Source: a virus | Reading direction: 5' to 3' (one strand) | IMG/VR virus record: IMGVR_UViG_3300015374_000004 | Coordinates: 5,787-69,786 of that record | DNA length: 64,000 bases | Shown: positions 27,094-36,332 of the stretch, in pieces | How the letters are laid out: every line of letters begins with the position of its first letter | Numbering within the stretch: position 1 is the first letter of the stretch | Position numbers and translations under genes: made by a program | Notes under the pieces: model-generated | Database searches by the model: none | Told to the model about the DNA's origin: nothing | What the model saw: the letters and a program-made list of their open reading frames with translations, nothing else

Positions 27094-27605
27094 AACTCAT
27101 CATCGGCGCAGGACAGGAGAGGATGGAGGGCTGGACGACGGTCGACATCGACCCCGCCAACGAACCTGACATCGTGGCCAGCGCAGACGACCTGAACATG
27201 ATCCCCGACTGGACCGTCGAGGAGATCCGCGCCGTCGACATCCTGGAGCACATGCCCTACCGCACGGTGGGCAAGACGCTGGGCGAGTGGCGCCGAGTGT
27301 TGAAGCCCGGCGCGCTGGCCTTCATCCAAGTCCCGGACGCCGGGACGGTGATGCACTGGTGGGTGAGCCGTGACCCGAGGCTCCTGCAGCGGATCCCCGA
27401 GGAGATGGAGCGGACGTTCATGAACGGGGTCAACTGGCGGCTGATGGGCGGCCAGGACGACGCCTACGGCGACTGGACGTACAACGTCCACTACACGCTG
27501 TTCTCGGCGGCCAGCCTGACCAAGGCCGTGGCCGACGCAGGCTTCCGGCTCCGGGAGATCAACACCGACACCCACCCCAACCTGTACTGCTGGGTGAGCG
27601 CGTGA
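27090..27605 (+). CDS. SAM-dependent methyltransferase
   Basis: 'KLIIGAGQERMEGWTTVDIDP', glycine-rich motif I. Confidence 0.5.
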   Translation: MKLIIGAGQERMEGWTTVDIDPANEPDIVASADDLNMIPDWTVEEIRAVDILEHMPYRTVGKTLGEWRRVLKPGALAFIQVPDAGTVMHWWVSRDPRLLQRIPEEMERTFMNGVNWRLMGGQDDAYGDWTYNVHYTLFSAASLTKAVADAGFRLREINTDTHPNLYCWVSA

Positions 27606-28279
27606 TCACGATCATCTCTCCCCACCTCGACGACGCCGTGCTGTCGCTGGGTGACTTCCTGGCGCGCAACGAGGTGCCGGTCTCGGTTGTCACCGTGCTC
27701 GCTGGCATCCCCGGCTTCCTGCCGCTCACCAAGTACGACTTCGACTGCGGCTTCTCGTCAGGAGCCGAGGCGATGGGACGCAGGCGGGTCGAGGACAAGG
27801 ACGCTCTGGCCTTCCTCCGCTGTGAAGCCCACCACCTCGACTTCCTGGACATGCAGTACGGCATCGAGCAGAACCCGGAGCAGATCAAGGCCGCGCTCAA
27901 GCCGCACCTCGACATGGCCTTCGGTCCGGTGTACGTCCCGCTCGGCCTCGTCCACCCGGACCACGAACTGGTCGCCCGCTGTGCGATGGAGATGCTCCTC
28001 CCCCAGGAGGGCAGGGAGATCTTCGTCTACGAGGACGCACCGTCGCGGGTGCTGTACCCCGAGTCGGTCAGGGAGGCGATCCTGCTTCTCGGCGGTCGGG
28101 GCTGGGTAGTGAGTGACGCGATCTACGTCCCGCAGGAACTAGACCTGATGCGGCGGAAGATGCAAGCCATCCATCACTACCGCTCCCAACTATGGTCCCT
28201 CGATCTCGCATCGTCCCTAGCCCCGGAGAGGATCCACCCAGTGGTCCCCTCCCGCGTCTTGGAGGAGATCCCGTCATGA
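27602..28279 (+). CDS. LmbE/PIG-L family N-acetylglucosaminyl deacetylase
   Basis: 'IISPHLDDAVLSLG' (PIG-L 'HPDDE') and 'HPDHE' motifs. Confidence 0.6.
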   Translation: MITIISPHLDDAVLSLGDFLARNEVPVSVVTVLAGIPGFLPLTKYDFDCGFSSGAEAMGRRRVEDKDALAFLRCEAHHLDFLDMQYGIEQNPEQIKAALKPHLDMAFGPVYVPLGLVHPDHELVARCAMEMLLPQEGREIFVYEDAPSRVLYPESVREAILLLGGRGWVVSDAIYVPQELDLMRRKMQAIHHYRSQLWSLDLASSLAPERIHPVVPSRVLEEIPS

Positions 28280-28788
28280 GGCTGAACTTGGGTTGCGGCC
28301 TCGACGTCCGTGAGGGCTGGGTCAACATCGACTGCGAGCCCTCGGGCAACGGTGCGGTCGTCCTGATGGACGTCGTCAAGGAGGGGATCCTCTACGACAG
28401 CGGCTCGGTCGACTTCATCTTCATGGGGCACATGCTTCACATGGTCGAGCCCGACTCCGTGCCAAAGTTGCTCGGGGAGTGCCATCGAGTCCTCCGTCCC
28501 GGTGGCGCTCTCCGCATCGTCGAGATGGACTTCGAGAAGGCGATCGTCAACTGGCAGAAGGGGAACGACGAGTGGTTCCCGGTCGCTGACGAGATCGAGC
28601 GGACTCTCGACGGCAAGTTGCTGCGCTACCTCACCTGGCACGGCACGCGCCGGTCGCTGTACACGCCCCTCTACCTGTTCTCGCTGTTCACGGACACGGA
28701 CTTCGAGCACTTCGGCCTCGGCCGGTACGGCGACTGCGAGTTGGACGCCAGAGAGTCGGAGTCCGTCGTCTTCGAGGCCATCAAGTGA
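28276..28788 (+). CDS. SAM-dependent methyltransferase (Methyltransf_11-like)
   Basis: 'LNLGCGLDVREGW', 'LRPGGALRIVE'. Confidence 0.55.
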   Translation: MRLNLGCGLDVREGWVNIDCEPSGNGAVVLMDVVKEGILYDSGSVDFIFMGHMLHMVEPDSVPKLLGECHRVLRPGGALRIVEMDFEKAIVNWQKGNDEWFPVADEIERTLDGKLLRYLTWHGTRRSLYTPLYLFSLFTDTDFEHFGLGRYGDCELDARESESVVFEAIK

Positions 28789-29771
28789 CACGGCTGGCGT
28801 TGATCGCCAGGGCAGACAACGGCGGGCTCGGCAACCAGACGTGGGAGATGGCGAACCACCTCAAGCCGGAGAAGGTGCTCGTCGTCCACTCCCGGCACAT
28901 CACGAGGGGTCACGCCGACGTCTCTCGGTACGTCGACTCCGAGGCCGAGGTGCGCATCACCCCGAGAGGGCCGACAGACGCCGAAGCGCGCTGGCTCTGC
29001 TACGGGATCGACAAGATCCTGACCGCGGAGACGTTCTACGGCACAGCGATCCCCACCGCAGCGCGCAGACGGGGCGTGCTGACCATCAACCACTGCAACC
29101 CGGAGATGTTCAGGGCCACCGACACGGCCGACGTGAACCTGGCGCCCACCGACTGGCGCATGGACAGGCTGCCGAAGGGCACCCGAGTCGTCCCGATGCC
29201 GGTGGTGATGGCGTCGGACGAAGGCTGGGACGGCCACAGGACCATCTGCCACGTCCACTCGGACGCCATGTGGGACCGCAACGGGACCGGCGACCTGCTC
29301 GATGCGCTCCAGTACCTCCACGAGTCGACCTTGGTGACGATCCTGGGCGGCAAGGCGGGCTACGAGGAGATCGGCAAGGCCACCGTCATCTGGCTCGGCC
29401 CCATCCAGGACTCCTACAAGATCGCATGGAAGCAGATGAGGGGGATCTTCGTGCTGCCTCGGCGCTTCGGAGGGCTCTGTCTGCCCATCCAGGAGGCCGC
29501 AGCGCGCTCCAGACCCATCATCACGACCAACGTGGGGCCTCAGAACAAGTGGCAGGGCGCCGCGCTGGTCCCTGCGAGCGTCAGGAGCATCGAAACGATG
29601 CCCGGAGGCCGATTCGAGGTCTACCAGTGCTCTCCGAGGGGTCTTGCGCACGAAATCGAGCGCGTTCTGACCATTCACGGCCCTCTGCTGGCGAAACGGG
29701 CCTCCGAATGGGCCTCAGAGCGGTCTTGGGAGGCTCTGGGGCCTCTCTGGACCTCGATCTGCCGTGATTAG
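28785..29771 (+). CDS. glycosyltransferase family 4 (GT-B)
   Basis: The E-X7-E region 'RRFGGLCLPIQEAAARSRPIITT'. Confidence 0.55.
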   Translation: MTRLALIARADNGGLGNQTWEMANHLKPEKVLVVHSRHITRGHADVSRYVDSEAEVRITPRGPTDAEARWLCYGIDKILTAETFYGTAIPTAARRRGVLTINHCNPEMFRATDTADVNLAPTDWRMDRLPKGTRVVPMPVVMASDEGWDGHRTICHVHSDAMWDRNGTGDLLDALQYLHESTLVTILGGKAGYEEIGKATVIWLGPIQDSYKIAWKQMRGIFVLPRRFGGLCLPIQEAAARSRPIITTNVGPQNKWQGAALVPASVRSIETMPGGRFEVYQCSPRGLAHEIERVLTIHGPLLAKRASEWASERSWEALGPLWTSICRD

Positions 29772-30471
29772 CCTCCTGGTGCCCTTCCGGCCCGGAGATC
29801 CGGTCCGAGACCGCCTCTGGAGGCACGTGAAGGGCCTCTGGAGGGCCGCAGCGCCCGATTGGGAGTTGATCTGGGCCTCAGACGACCCAGATGGCCCCTG
29901 GCGCAAGGGTGTGGCCGTCCAGAGGGCTCTGAGCGCCTCCACAGGCGAGATCGTGGCCGTCATCGACGCCGATACGTGGATTCCGGGCGTGTTCGAGGCC
30001 GTGGAGCGCGTCCAGAGCGGCCAGACGTGGGTCAGGAGCCACCATCAGGTGCTCAGACTGACCCAGGAAGCCACCGAGAAGGTGCTCCTGGGAGCCCATA
30101 TCAGCCTCGTCGGGGGGTACCCGGAGAACCTCGTGGACCCTCCGTACACCCAAACGGCGGCCGGAGCGGGCACTGTGTGCCTCAGATCGGTCATCGAGGA
30201 CATTCCCATCGACTGCCGTTTCGCTGGCTGGGGAGGGGAGGATTCGGCCTGGGCGGACGCTCTGACGACCTTCTACGGCCCCGCGAGCCGTGTGAACGAC
30301 TTCTGCTACCACCTGTGGCACCCTCCGGCGCCCAGAATCGGCCCCAAGATCGGTTCAGACCTCTCGAACCAACTCCGCATCCGCTACAAGCAGGCGTTTC
30401 GCAACAGAGAGGCCACAAGGGTCCACGTCGAGGCCGGGAGGTATCACTCCCGGCACTTCGACGTCGTCTGA
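29764..30471 (+). CDS. glycosyltransferase family 2
   Basis: 'ISLLVPFR' and a DxD motif 'VIDADTW'. Confidence 0.55.
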   Translation: MISLLVPFRPGDPVRDRLWRHVKGLWRAAAPDWELIWASDDPDGPWRKGVAVQRALSASTGEIVAVIDADTWIPGVFEAVERVQSGQTWVRSHHQVLRLTQEATEKVLLGAHISLVGGYPENLVDPPYTQTAAGAGTVCLRSVIEDIPIDCRFAGWGGEDSAWADALTTFYGPASRVNDFCYHLWHPPAPRIGPKIGSDLSNQLRIRYKQAFRNREATRVHVEAGRYHSRHFDVV

Positions 30472-30475
30472 GGTA

Positions 30476-30760
30476 CTACCGCAGGTTGCGGAAGGGATCG
30501 GCGCCCAGATCGGGCATCGGACCGGTCCCGTTGGCCATCTTCGGTATCACCAGGCCGCCCCGGCGCCTCTGCAGCGCCTCGTAGAGCCACTGCTCCACGT
30601 TCTCCTCGAAGAAGTAGTGGGACTCCTGGGACTGGGTGTTGAAGATCAACACCCAGCGCTCCGTGCCGTCAGGGAGGGTTGCGGTGGCCTCCCTGACGGT
30701 GAACGGCACTGGTGCCGGTTGGACGATGGGGACGTTGTCCCCCGGCAACTGTGTGGTCAT
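30476..30760 (-). CDS. hypothetical protein
   Basis: 94 aa with coding bias. Confidence 0.4.
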   Translation of the reverse strand: MTTQLPGDNVPIVQPAPVPFTVREATATLPDGTERWVLIFNTQSQESHYFFEENVEQWLYEALQRRRGGLVIPKMANGTGPMPDLGADPFRNLR

Positions 30761-31440
30761 GCCAGCCGACGCCTGGTGGCGTAGACGAGCAGCCCACCGA
30801 GGGCCAGGGCCACCAGGGCAACCGGCGCAGCGTTGGAGCCCTTCCCGGTCGCGGGCAGCGTGGCCGGGGAGACCGTGGCCGATGCGGCCGTGGTCGGGGT
30901 GGTGGCCACCGTGGTCTGCCCAGGGACCGTGGTCGCGGGGACCGTGGTCGTCGGCGTGGTGGTGGTGGAGACGACCTGCGAGGCGCAGACGTACGGGCCA
31001 CCGACTCGGCCGTTGGCCTGACCGTTGCCAGTGAAGACGGCCTTGATGTCGATCTGGCCGCAGCCGACCGTGAAGGTCAGCGTGACCGGGCCGACCGAGT
31101 TGGCCGGGAAGGTGCCGGACACGTCTGAGTCCACCGCGCCGCCCGCACCCGAGGTGCCCTCATGGGCGACCACTCGGATCGGGAACGGCTGGGGCACCGG
31201 CTTGTCCAGGGTGTAGGTGACCGTGGAGCCCTTGCCGTCCGCGGGGACGTTGAGCACGATGGTCACGGTCCGCTGCAGCGTCCCGAAGGTGAACGTCTTC
31301 GAGTTGGTGCAGGTCACCGGGGCCTGCTGGATCTTCTGGTTCCCCCCGCAGAGCGGGAAGGACTGGGCTTGGGCGTGACCGGCTACTGCCGCCCCCCCGA
31401 AGGAGAGGACGGCAGCGACGGCCACGAGGGTCTTCCTCAT
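30757..31440 (-). CDS. LPXTG cell-wall-anchored surface protein with a Thr/Pro-rich stalk
   Basis: N-terminal signal peptide. C-terminal 'LPATG' + hydrophobic segment + 'RRRLA'. Confidence 0.65.
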   Translation of the reverse strand: MRKTLVAVAAVLSFGGAAVAGHAQAQSFPLCGGNQKIQQAPVTCTNSKTFTFGTLQRTVTIVLNVPADGKGSTVTYTLDKPVPQPFPIRVVAHEGTSGAGGAVDSDVSGTFPANSVGPVTLTFTVGCGQIDIKAVFTGNGQANGRVGGPYVCASQVVSTTTTPTTTVPATTVPGQTTVATTPTTAASATVSPATLPATGKGSNAAPVALVALALGGLLVYATRRRLA

Positions 31441-31442
31441 GG

Positions 31443-32453
31443 TTAGCCTCCTGCTACGGCTGCGGCGGCGGCGTCAGCCGTGCCGGTCGTGTTGACGATG
31501 ATGGGTGACTTCCCATCGGTGATGATCACCTTGACTCCGGGGGCGATCTTGTCGATGTAGTGCGACGTGATCAGTTCCGGCGTCAAGGACTGTGCCACAA
31601 GGTTGTTCGCTGCGGCCTCCGCTTCGGCCGCGATCTTCACGGACTCGGCGGAACCCTTGGCGGTCTCGATGGCCTGGTTGGCCTGAGCGGTGGCTGTGGC
31701 GACCTGAGCCTGGGCCTCCTGGGCCTTCTGCTTGGCAGCCTGCTTGTCCTCGATGGACTGCTTGTACTGCTTCGAGAAGTCCAGGTTGTCGATCAGCAGG
31801 TCGTTGACCGTGATCGAGTACTTGCGCAGATCCTCCGCGAGCCGAGCCTTGACGGCCTTGCGGATGTCCTCTCGGTGCGGAGCGATCTGGTCAGCCGTGT
31901 AGGGGACCGTCTCCTCCTTGAAGAAGTTGTGGACCCTCGCGGGCACCAGCACCTCGAACCAGTTCTTGCCGACGTTCTTGAACAAGTCCTGGACCTTGTT
32001 CTTGTCCAAGGAGTAGTTCAGGGTGACGTCGAAGAACACGTCCTGGGTCTCTGACGAGAAGGCCACGATCTCCTGGCCCTGGCCCTTGTCCTTCTGGAAC
32101 CGGTACTTCTGCACCTTGATCGACTGCTTCGACAGCGACTCCCAGGGCGGCAAGATCTGCACGCCAGGGTCACGTTGGCCGACGATCTTCCCGAACCGGT
32201 AGACGACCCCGACTTCACCGGAGCCGACCGTATGGAACGAGAAGAAGGCCGTGACCAGCAGCCACAGGAAGAAGCCTGCGCCGAAGACGGCCATCCCGCG
32301 AGCAGGGGTGCCCTCGTACTTGTAGACGGGCTCCCCCCTCTGTCGGGTCTCGTAGTCGTCTTCGACCTTGCTGCTGGCTGCCAGGGCTCCCACAGCGGAG
32401 AGCCCCAGCAGGAGCAGGGATACGAGGATCCAGCCGATCATCACGCAGCCCAC
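31443..32453 (-). CDS. SPFH/Band-7 (stomatin/prohibitin-like) membrane protein
   Basis: N-terminal TMs. 'GEVGVVYRFGKIVGQRDPGVQILPPW' SPFH core and a coiled-coil C-terminus. Confidence 0.65.
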   Translation of the reverse strand: MGCVMIGWILVSLLLLGLSAVGALAASSKVEDDYETRQRGEPVYKYEGTPARGMAVFGAGFFLWLLVTAFFSFHTVGSGEVGVVYRFGKIVGQRDPGVQILPPWESLSKQSIKVQKYRFQKDKGQGQEIVAFSSETQDVFFDVTLNYSLDKNKVQDLFKNVGKNWFEVLVPARVHNFFKEETVPYTADQIAPHREDIRKAVKARLAEDLRKYSITVNDLLIDNLDFSKQYKQSIEDKQAAKQKAQEAQAQVATATAQANQAIETAKGSAESVKIAAEAEAAANNLVAQSLTPELITSHYIDKIAPGVKVIITDGKSPIIVNTTGTADAAAAAVAGG

Positions 32454-33262
32454 CAGTTCGGCAGGCGGTGGCCCCCACGGCCGGAGTTGATGACGTCGAC
32501 CGCAGCCGCAGCCACCGACTGAGCCTTGGGCCGACCGGTCGCCCGGCGGATGCCCTCAGCCCGCTGGAGCAGGCCCCGAGCGCCTCCACGAGCACTGCCC
32601 AACTTGCGGGCAGCCTCCTCGTCGACGAGAGCGTCGCCGTAGCGGTTCATCAGGAGGCCGAAGCCAGCCACGATGTTGCCAGCGGGCTCCTTGCCGTAGG
32701 CGAGGTTGATGAACTTGAGGACTCGGTCGAGCCCCTCGGAGCCGTTCTCGTCCCAGATGCGACGGAGGGCTGCGAGGCAGCGGATGTGGGTGATGTCCGT
32801 GGCTTCATCCCCGTTGGAGCCGGTCGAGCCAGCGACGGGGACGGCGTAGCCGTTCTCGAAGCAGATCCGAGCGATCTCGTTCTCGGGCACCCGTCCGGCC
32901 TGGACGGCGACCTTGAACTTGTCGTTGGGGGAGACGTTCAGGCGGTCGTTGCGCCGCAGGAACATCTCAGCCTCCTCCTGCTCGGAGAGGCCCTCACGGA
33001 CTTCGCACTCGATCATCTGATCGTTCCAGCCCATGGCGCGCAGTGCGGCGACACGGTGCTGGCCGTCGATGACGTAGTACCAGCCGTCCCGGAAGGACAT
33101 GACGGGGTAGCCGAGTTCGTCCGGGTCGAACTCACTGGCGAGGTAATCCACGAAGTGGCTTCGCAGATCCCGCTGGGTGAGGGGAGAGACTCGGATCCGC
33201 TCGATGGGCACCCAACGGATGTCCCCCGTTCGGACGAGCCGCTCACGTGTTTGCGTGGGCAA
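32441..33262 (-). CDS. ParB-like nuclease domain protein
   Basis: 'YYVIDGQHRVAALRAMG' is the ParB/Srx N-terminal motif. Confidence 0.55.
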   Translation of the reverse strand: MPTQTRERLVRTGDIRWVPIERIRVSPLTQRDLRSHFVDYLASEFDPDELGYPVMSFRDGWYYVIDGQHRVAALRAMGWNDQMIECEVREGLSEQEEAEMFLRRNDRLNVSPNDKFKVAVQAGRVPENEIARICFENGYAVPVAGSTGSNGDEATDITHIRCLAALRRIWDENGSEGLDRVLKFINLAYGKEPAGNIVAGFGLLMNRYGDALVDEEAARKLGSARGGARGLLQRAEGIRRATGRPKAQSVAAAAVDVINSGRGGHRLPNWWAA

Positions 33263-33941
33263 GGTTCATCTCCTTGATGAAGCGGGTGATCACCCGCATG
33301 TGGGTTCGGGCGACGGACGAGAACTCGGCCGCCACTTCTGGGCTCACGTCTTCGGGGTTGGCGATGGCGAGCCCGGCCACCACCCCGTCCAAGTGGCCGA
33401 GCATCTCGACCACGACCTTGTCGGACTGCGGATTGCGAGCCCGATCGTTCTTGCCGAGGATCTCGTCATGCACGGAGTTCATGCCGCACATGCCCCGTTC
33501 GAGGCAGACCAGCAACGCGTGATCGAACTCCTCCTGGGTGGCTCGGGCGAAGGCCAGCGAGGCGCTCCTCGCGTCACTGGCAGGCAGGATGTCCTTGAAC
33601 GACGGGATGCCCCTCATCGACTTGTCGGACTGGCCTCTGATTCTGAGGACGCCCTTCTCCTGCATGGCGAAGACCCGCTGGCCGATGGCCCGCTCCAGAC
33701 GCCGGGTGGCTTCCATGACCACCAGGCACTCGTCGGAGTAGGCGTCCCCACCTTGCGTGTGGCGGAAGTGGAAGACGATGGCGGCCCCGGCATCACGCTG
33801 AGCGATCAGGTACTCGATCTGCTGGATGTGGCCGGTGAGCGTTGTCATGGAGATCATCTCGCGGGCCGCTCTGGTGGCCTGCTGGGCGACTTCCCCGAGG
33901 GGGAGGTTGCGCATTCCGTTGGAGACGCTGACGAGGTTCAT
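33243..33941 (-). CDS. hypothetical protein (between ParB-like and MTase; possible nuclease partner)
   Basis: ATGA-coupled to the MTase stop. The N-terminal 190 aa of the listed ORF is Arg/Pro junk. Confidence 0.4.
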   Translation of the reverse strand: MNLVSVSNGMRNLPLGEVAQQATRAAREMISMTTLTGHIQQIEYLIAQRDAGAAIVFHFRHTQGGDAYSDECLVVMEATRRLERAIGQRVFAMQEKGVLRIRGQSDKSMRGIPSFKDILPASDARSASLAFARATQEEFDHALLVCLERGMCGMNSVHDEILGKNDRARNPQSDKVVVEMLGHLDGVVAGLAIANPEDVSPEVAAEFSSVARTHMRVITRFIKEMNLAHANT

Positions 33942-34648
33942 GGGAGCCTCATGTGGATGATCCACTCCGAGGAGGGGCGAGCCTCCCGGTTGGCGCCGTC
34001 CTTGTAGCGCTTGGTCTTGACGGGGACGCCGTCGACCATCACCCAGCCACGCTGGCCGAAGTTGGCCACCCACCAGGAGACGACCGGGTGCTCGATGCCG
34101 TCGTGAAACAGGTTCGAGACGTTCAGCGCCAGGTTGGCGGGGCGCAGCATCACCCTTGTCACCGCGATGGCGACGTCGGAGTGGATGCGCTTGTACTCGG
34201 GGCTCCAGAAGTAGTGCCCTGCCCCGTTTCCCGGCGTGACCGGACGGTTGAGGCTGAGGGCGTAGCCCCTGCGTCTGGGGTGCTTCCCTGTGGCGGCACG
34301 CTCGGCCTGTTCGGCCTGCGTGCCCAGGTAGTTGTCGGCGAATCGGTTGCCGTAGTCGGGGCTGGTGACGATGGCGTGAGGACGGGGCAAGAACGAGCGC
34401 CCGCCGTTCACTGAGACGTTCTCCGGGTTGAGCGGGGCCACAGTAAGAGTGGTGGAATCCCCCCAGGCGGTGCGCTCGTGCATCTTCGCCCAGGGCTCCT
34501 CGATCTCGATGCCCCACGTGTCGTCGCGTCCCATCTCGTGGATCAGCCCCGTACCGGCGTAGGGATCCAGGATCGGCCCCTCCCAGTCCTTTGTCAGGGC
34601 TGAGAGTTGGGCCAGGATCTCCTTCGAGAACGGTGCGGGATGGCTCAT
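33938..34648 (-). CDS. DNA methyltransferase (N6-adenine or N4-cytosine type)
   Basis: Motif I 'ILDPYAGTG' and motif IV 'VTSPDYG'. Leaderless-type start 7 nt after TATACT. Confidence 0.6.
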   Translation of the reverse strand: MSHPAPFSKEILAQLSALTKDWEGPILDPYAGTGLIHEMGRDDTWGIEIEEPWAKMHERTAWGDSTTLTVAPLNPENVSVNGGRSFLPRPHAIVTSPDYGNRFADNYLGTQAEQAERAATGKHPRRRGYALSLNRPVTPGNGAGHYFWSPEYKRIHSDVAIAVTRVMLRPANLALNVSNLFHDGIEHPVVSWWVANFGQRGWVMVDGVPVKTKRYKDGANREARPSSEWIIHMRLP

Positions 34649-34693
34649 GGGAAACAGTATACGGTCAACTGCTTACCGACGAACCATGCGAAC

Positions 34694-34867
34694 TCAGTCT
34701 TCGTAGACGTGATGGACCTTCACAGAGCACTCCGGGAAGAACTCGTTCATCTCCTTGAGGTAGCGAGTGAGTTCTTCGGACTGCCCTGGATCGAACACAC
34801 GTTCGACGGTGTCAGTCGTGCCCGGCATACGCACGGTCACTTCCCACCGGATCAGGTTCTTGATCAT
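34694..34867 (-). CDS. small hypothetical protein
   Basis: RBS GGGAGGAGC before 'MIKNLIRWEV'. Confidence 0.4.
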   Translation of the reverse strand: MIKNLIRWEVTVRMPGTTDTVERVFDPGQSEELTRYLKEMNEFFPECSVKVHHVYED

Positions 34868-35048
34868 TGTGCTCCTCCCACCACACGCAGCGGAGCCGCT
34901 CGCCATCGCGAACGACAGTCACCCGCTGGCCGTGTGGCTTGTGAACACAGCGGATGAGGAAGGTGGCTCCGGGCTTGGTCTGCGGCCGCAGCCGGACCAG
35001 TAGCCCGCAGCAAGGGATACGTGAGTTCAGGACTTGAAGCCTGGGCAT
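34812..35048 (-). CDS. small hypothetical protein
   Basis: RBS AAGGAGC before the ATG. The 3' end overlaps the downstream gene. Confidence 0.35.
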   Translation of the reverse strand: MPRLQVLNSRIPCCGLLVRLRPQTKPGATFLIRCVHKPHGQRVTVVRDGERLRCVWWEEHNDQEPDPVGSDRAYAGHD

Positions 35049-35347
35049 CGGTGCTCCTTGAAGAAGGGGAGGTTGGACACGTCAGGACGTTCGTCCTCAC
35101 GCAGTGGATAGGCGATGTGGCCAGCGAAGAAGAAGTCCCCGCCGACGACAGCATCCGGCTCGAAGGACATCTCCTGCCCAAGGGCGACGATGTCCACGCC
35201 GGAACCGGAGAGATACGCCTTGCGGACCAACTGGCCGCACTGCTTGCACTTCTCCGGCTGGGGCTCGGTGTTCTTCTCCTTGCTGGCGTGGCGGACCTTG
35301 TCCTCGGCGGCCCAGTCTGTCCCGAAGGAGGGCTCGACCCAGGTCAT
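35027..35347 (-). CDS. hypothetical protein with a CxxC motif
   Basis: 'EKCKQCGQLV'. Confidence 0.35.
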   Translation of the reverse strand: MTWVEPSFGTDWAAEDKVRHASKEKNTEPQPEKCKQCGQLVRKAYLSGSGVDIVALGQEMSFEPDAVVGGDFFFAGHIAYPLREDERPDVSNLPFFKEHRCPGFKS

Positions 35348-35706
35348 TCGTTCACCGCGTCGATGTAGGCCCGAGCCAGCGAGGTGGTGGCCGAGGGCAC
35401 CCACGCTCCGTGGGCAGCCGAGACCTTCTGCACGAGATCCTGGAAGGTGCCGTGACCAGCCTCGACCTGGCGCTCGGTGGACACGATGGTCAGTTCGCAG
35501 AAGGCCGTGAGGGCGCAGAGCGCGCCGTAGGTGGCGGCCCGCTGCTCGACGTTGTCGGAGCAGCCCTGCGCGACCAGTTCGGCGATCCGGGCCAGGTAGT
35601 GGTCCGTGAAGGAGATCGCCATGTCCTTGACGCGAGCGTGGGGGGTCATCACCTCCTCGGCGGTGTCACCGGAGGCCACTTTCAAGACCCAGCCGTCGTC
35701 ATTCAT
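35344..35706 (-). CDS. hypothetical protein
   Basis: 120 aa, coupled starts. Confidence 0.4.
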   Translation of the reverse strand: MNDDGWVLKVASGDTAEEVMTPHARVKDMAISFTDHYLARIAELVAQGCSDNVEQRAATYGALCALTAFCELTIVSTERQVEAGHGTFQDLVQKVSAAHGAWVPSATTSLARAYIDAVNE

Positions 35707-35848
35707 GGGGTACGTCCTTGTTGATGATGGCCGACAGCAGGAGCCGCCGGACGGTGGATGAGATGCCTTCCCCCGGCCTGGCCTGAGCGATGATCTGCTC
35801 CTTGAGCCAGCCGGGGATCTTGACGTTGAGGTGGTACTCGTCTTCCAT
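35699..35848 (-). CDS. ribbon-helix-helix protein
   Basis: 'HLNVKIPGWLKEQIIAQARPGEGISSTVRRLL'. Confidence 0.45.
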   Translation of the reverse strand: MEDEYHLNVKIPGWLKEQIIAQARPGEGISSTVRRLLLSAIINKDVPHE

Positions 35849-36165
35849 CAGATCCTCGACAGCATGAGCCCGACTTCGCGAGCCCACTCAGAGTGGTTGT
35901 GGGCGAAGACGTGGTGGCGATCGCAGAGGCAGCGGAGGTTGGCGGGCTCGTTGGCGCCCCGGACCCGGCGACCCTTGGCATGGTGGACGACGAGGTGCCC
36001 GGCGCACAGCCAGACGTTGGGGATCTCGGGCGGCTCGGCCTTGCGGTCGGCGTAGCGGCCGAACTCACACCCGCGCTCAAGGATCTGAGGGGTGACGGCG
36101 TCGAGTTCCTTCTGGAAGTTCCGTAGCCGCTGGCTCGGGCCTCGCTTGATCTGGGTCCGTTTCAT
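35848..36165 (-). CDS. HNH endonuclease
   Basis: 'CEFGRY...NVWLCAGHLVVHH...NLRCLCDRHH'. Confidence 0.55.
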   Translation of the reverse strand: MKRTQIKRGPSQRLRNFQKELDAVTPQILERGCEFGRYADRKAEPPEIPNVWLCAGHLVVHHAKGRRVRGANEPANLRCLCDRHHVFAHNHSEWAREVGLMLSRI

Positions 36166-36332
36166 TTGCCCTCCGCGAATCGCTGAACGGCAGGTCGTTC
36201 GAGTAGCCACCGGATACCGTCAGCGTTCGACTGCGGTGTCTCGGTGTCGGCCTCCAGCCGATCCAGCACCGCCTGCAGGGTGTCCATCTGAGTGTCGGTG
36301 ATCCTGATGCACAGGTGGTGTGGGTAACGCAT
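36162..36332 (-). CDS. ribbon-helix-helix protein, leaderless start
   Basis: 'CIRITDTQMDTLQAVLDRLE'. TATACT lies 6 nt upstream of the ATG. Confidence 0.45.
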   Translation of the reverse strand: MRYPHHLCIRITDTQMDTLQAVLDRLEADTETPQSNADGIRWLLERPAVQRFAEGK

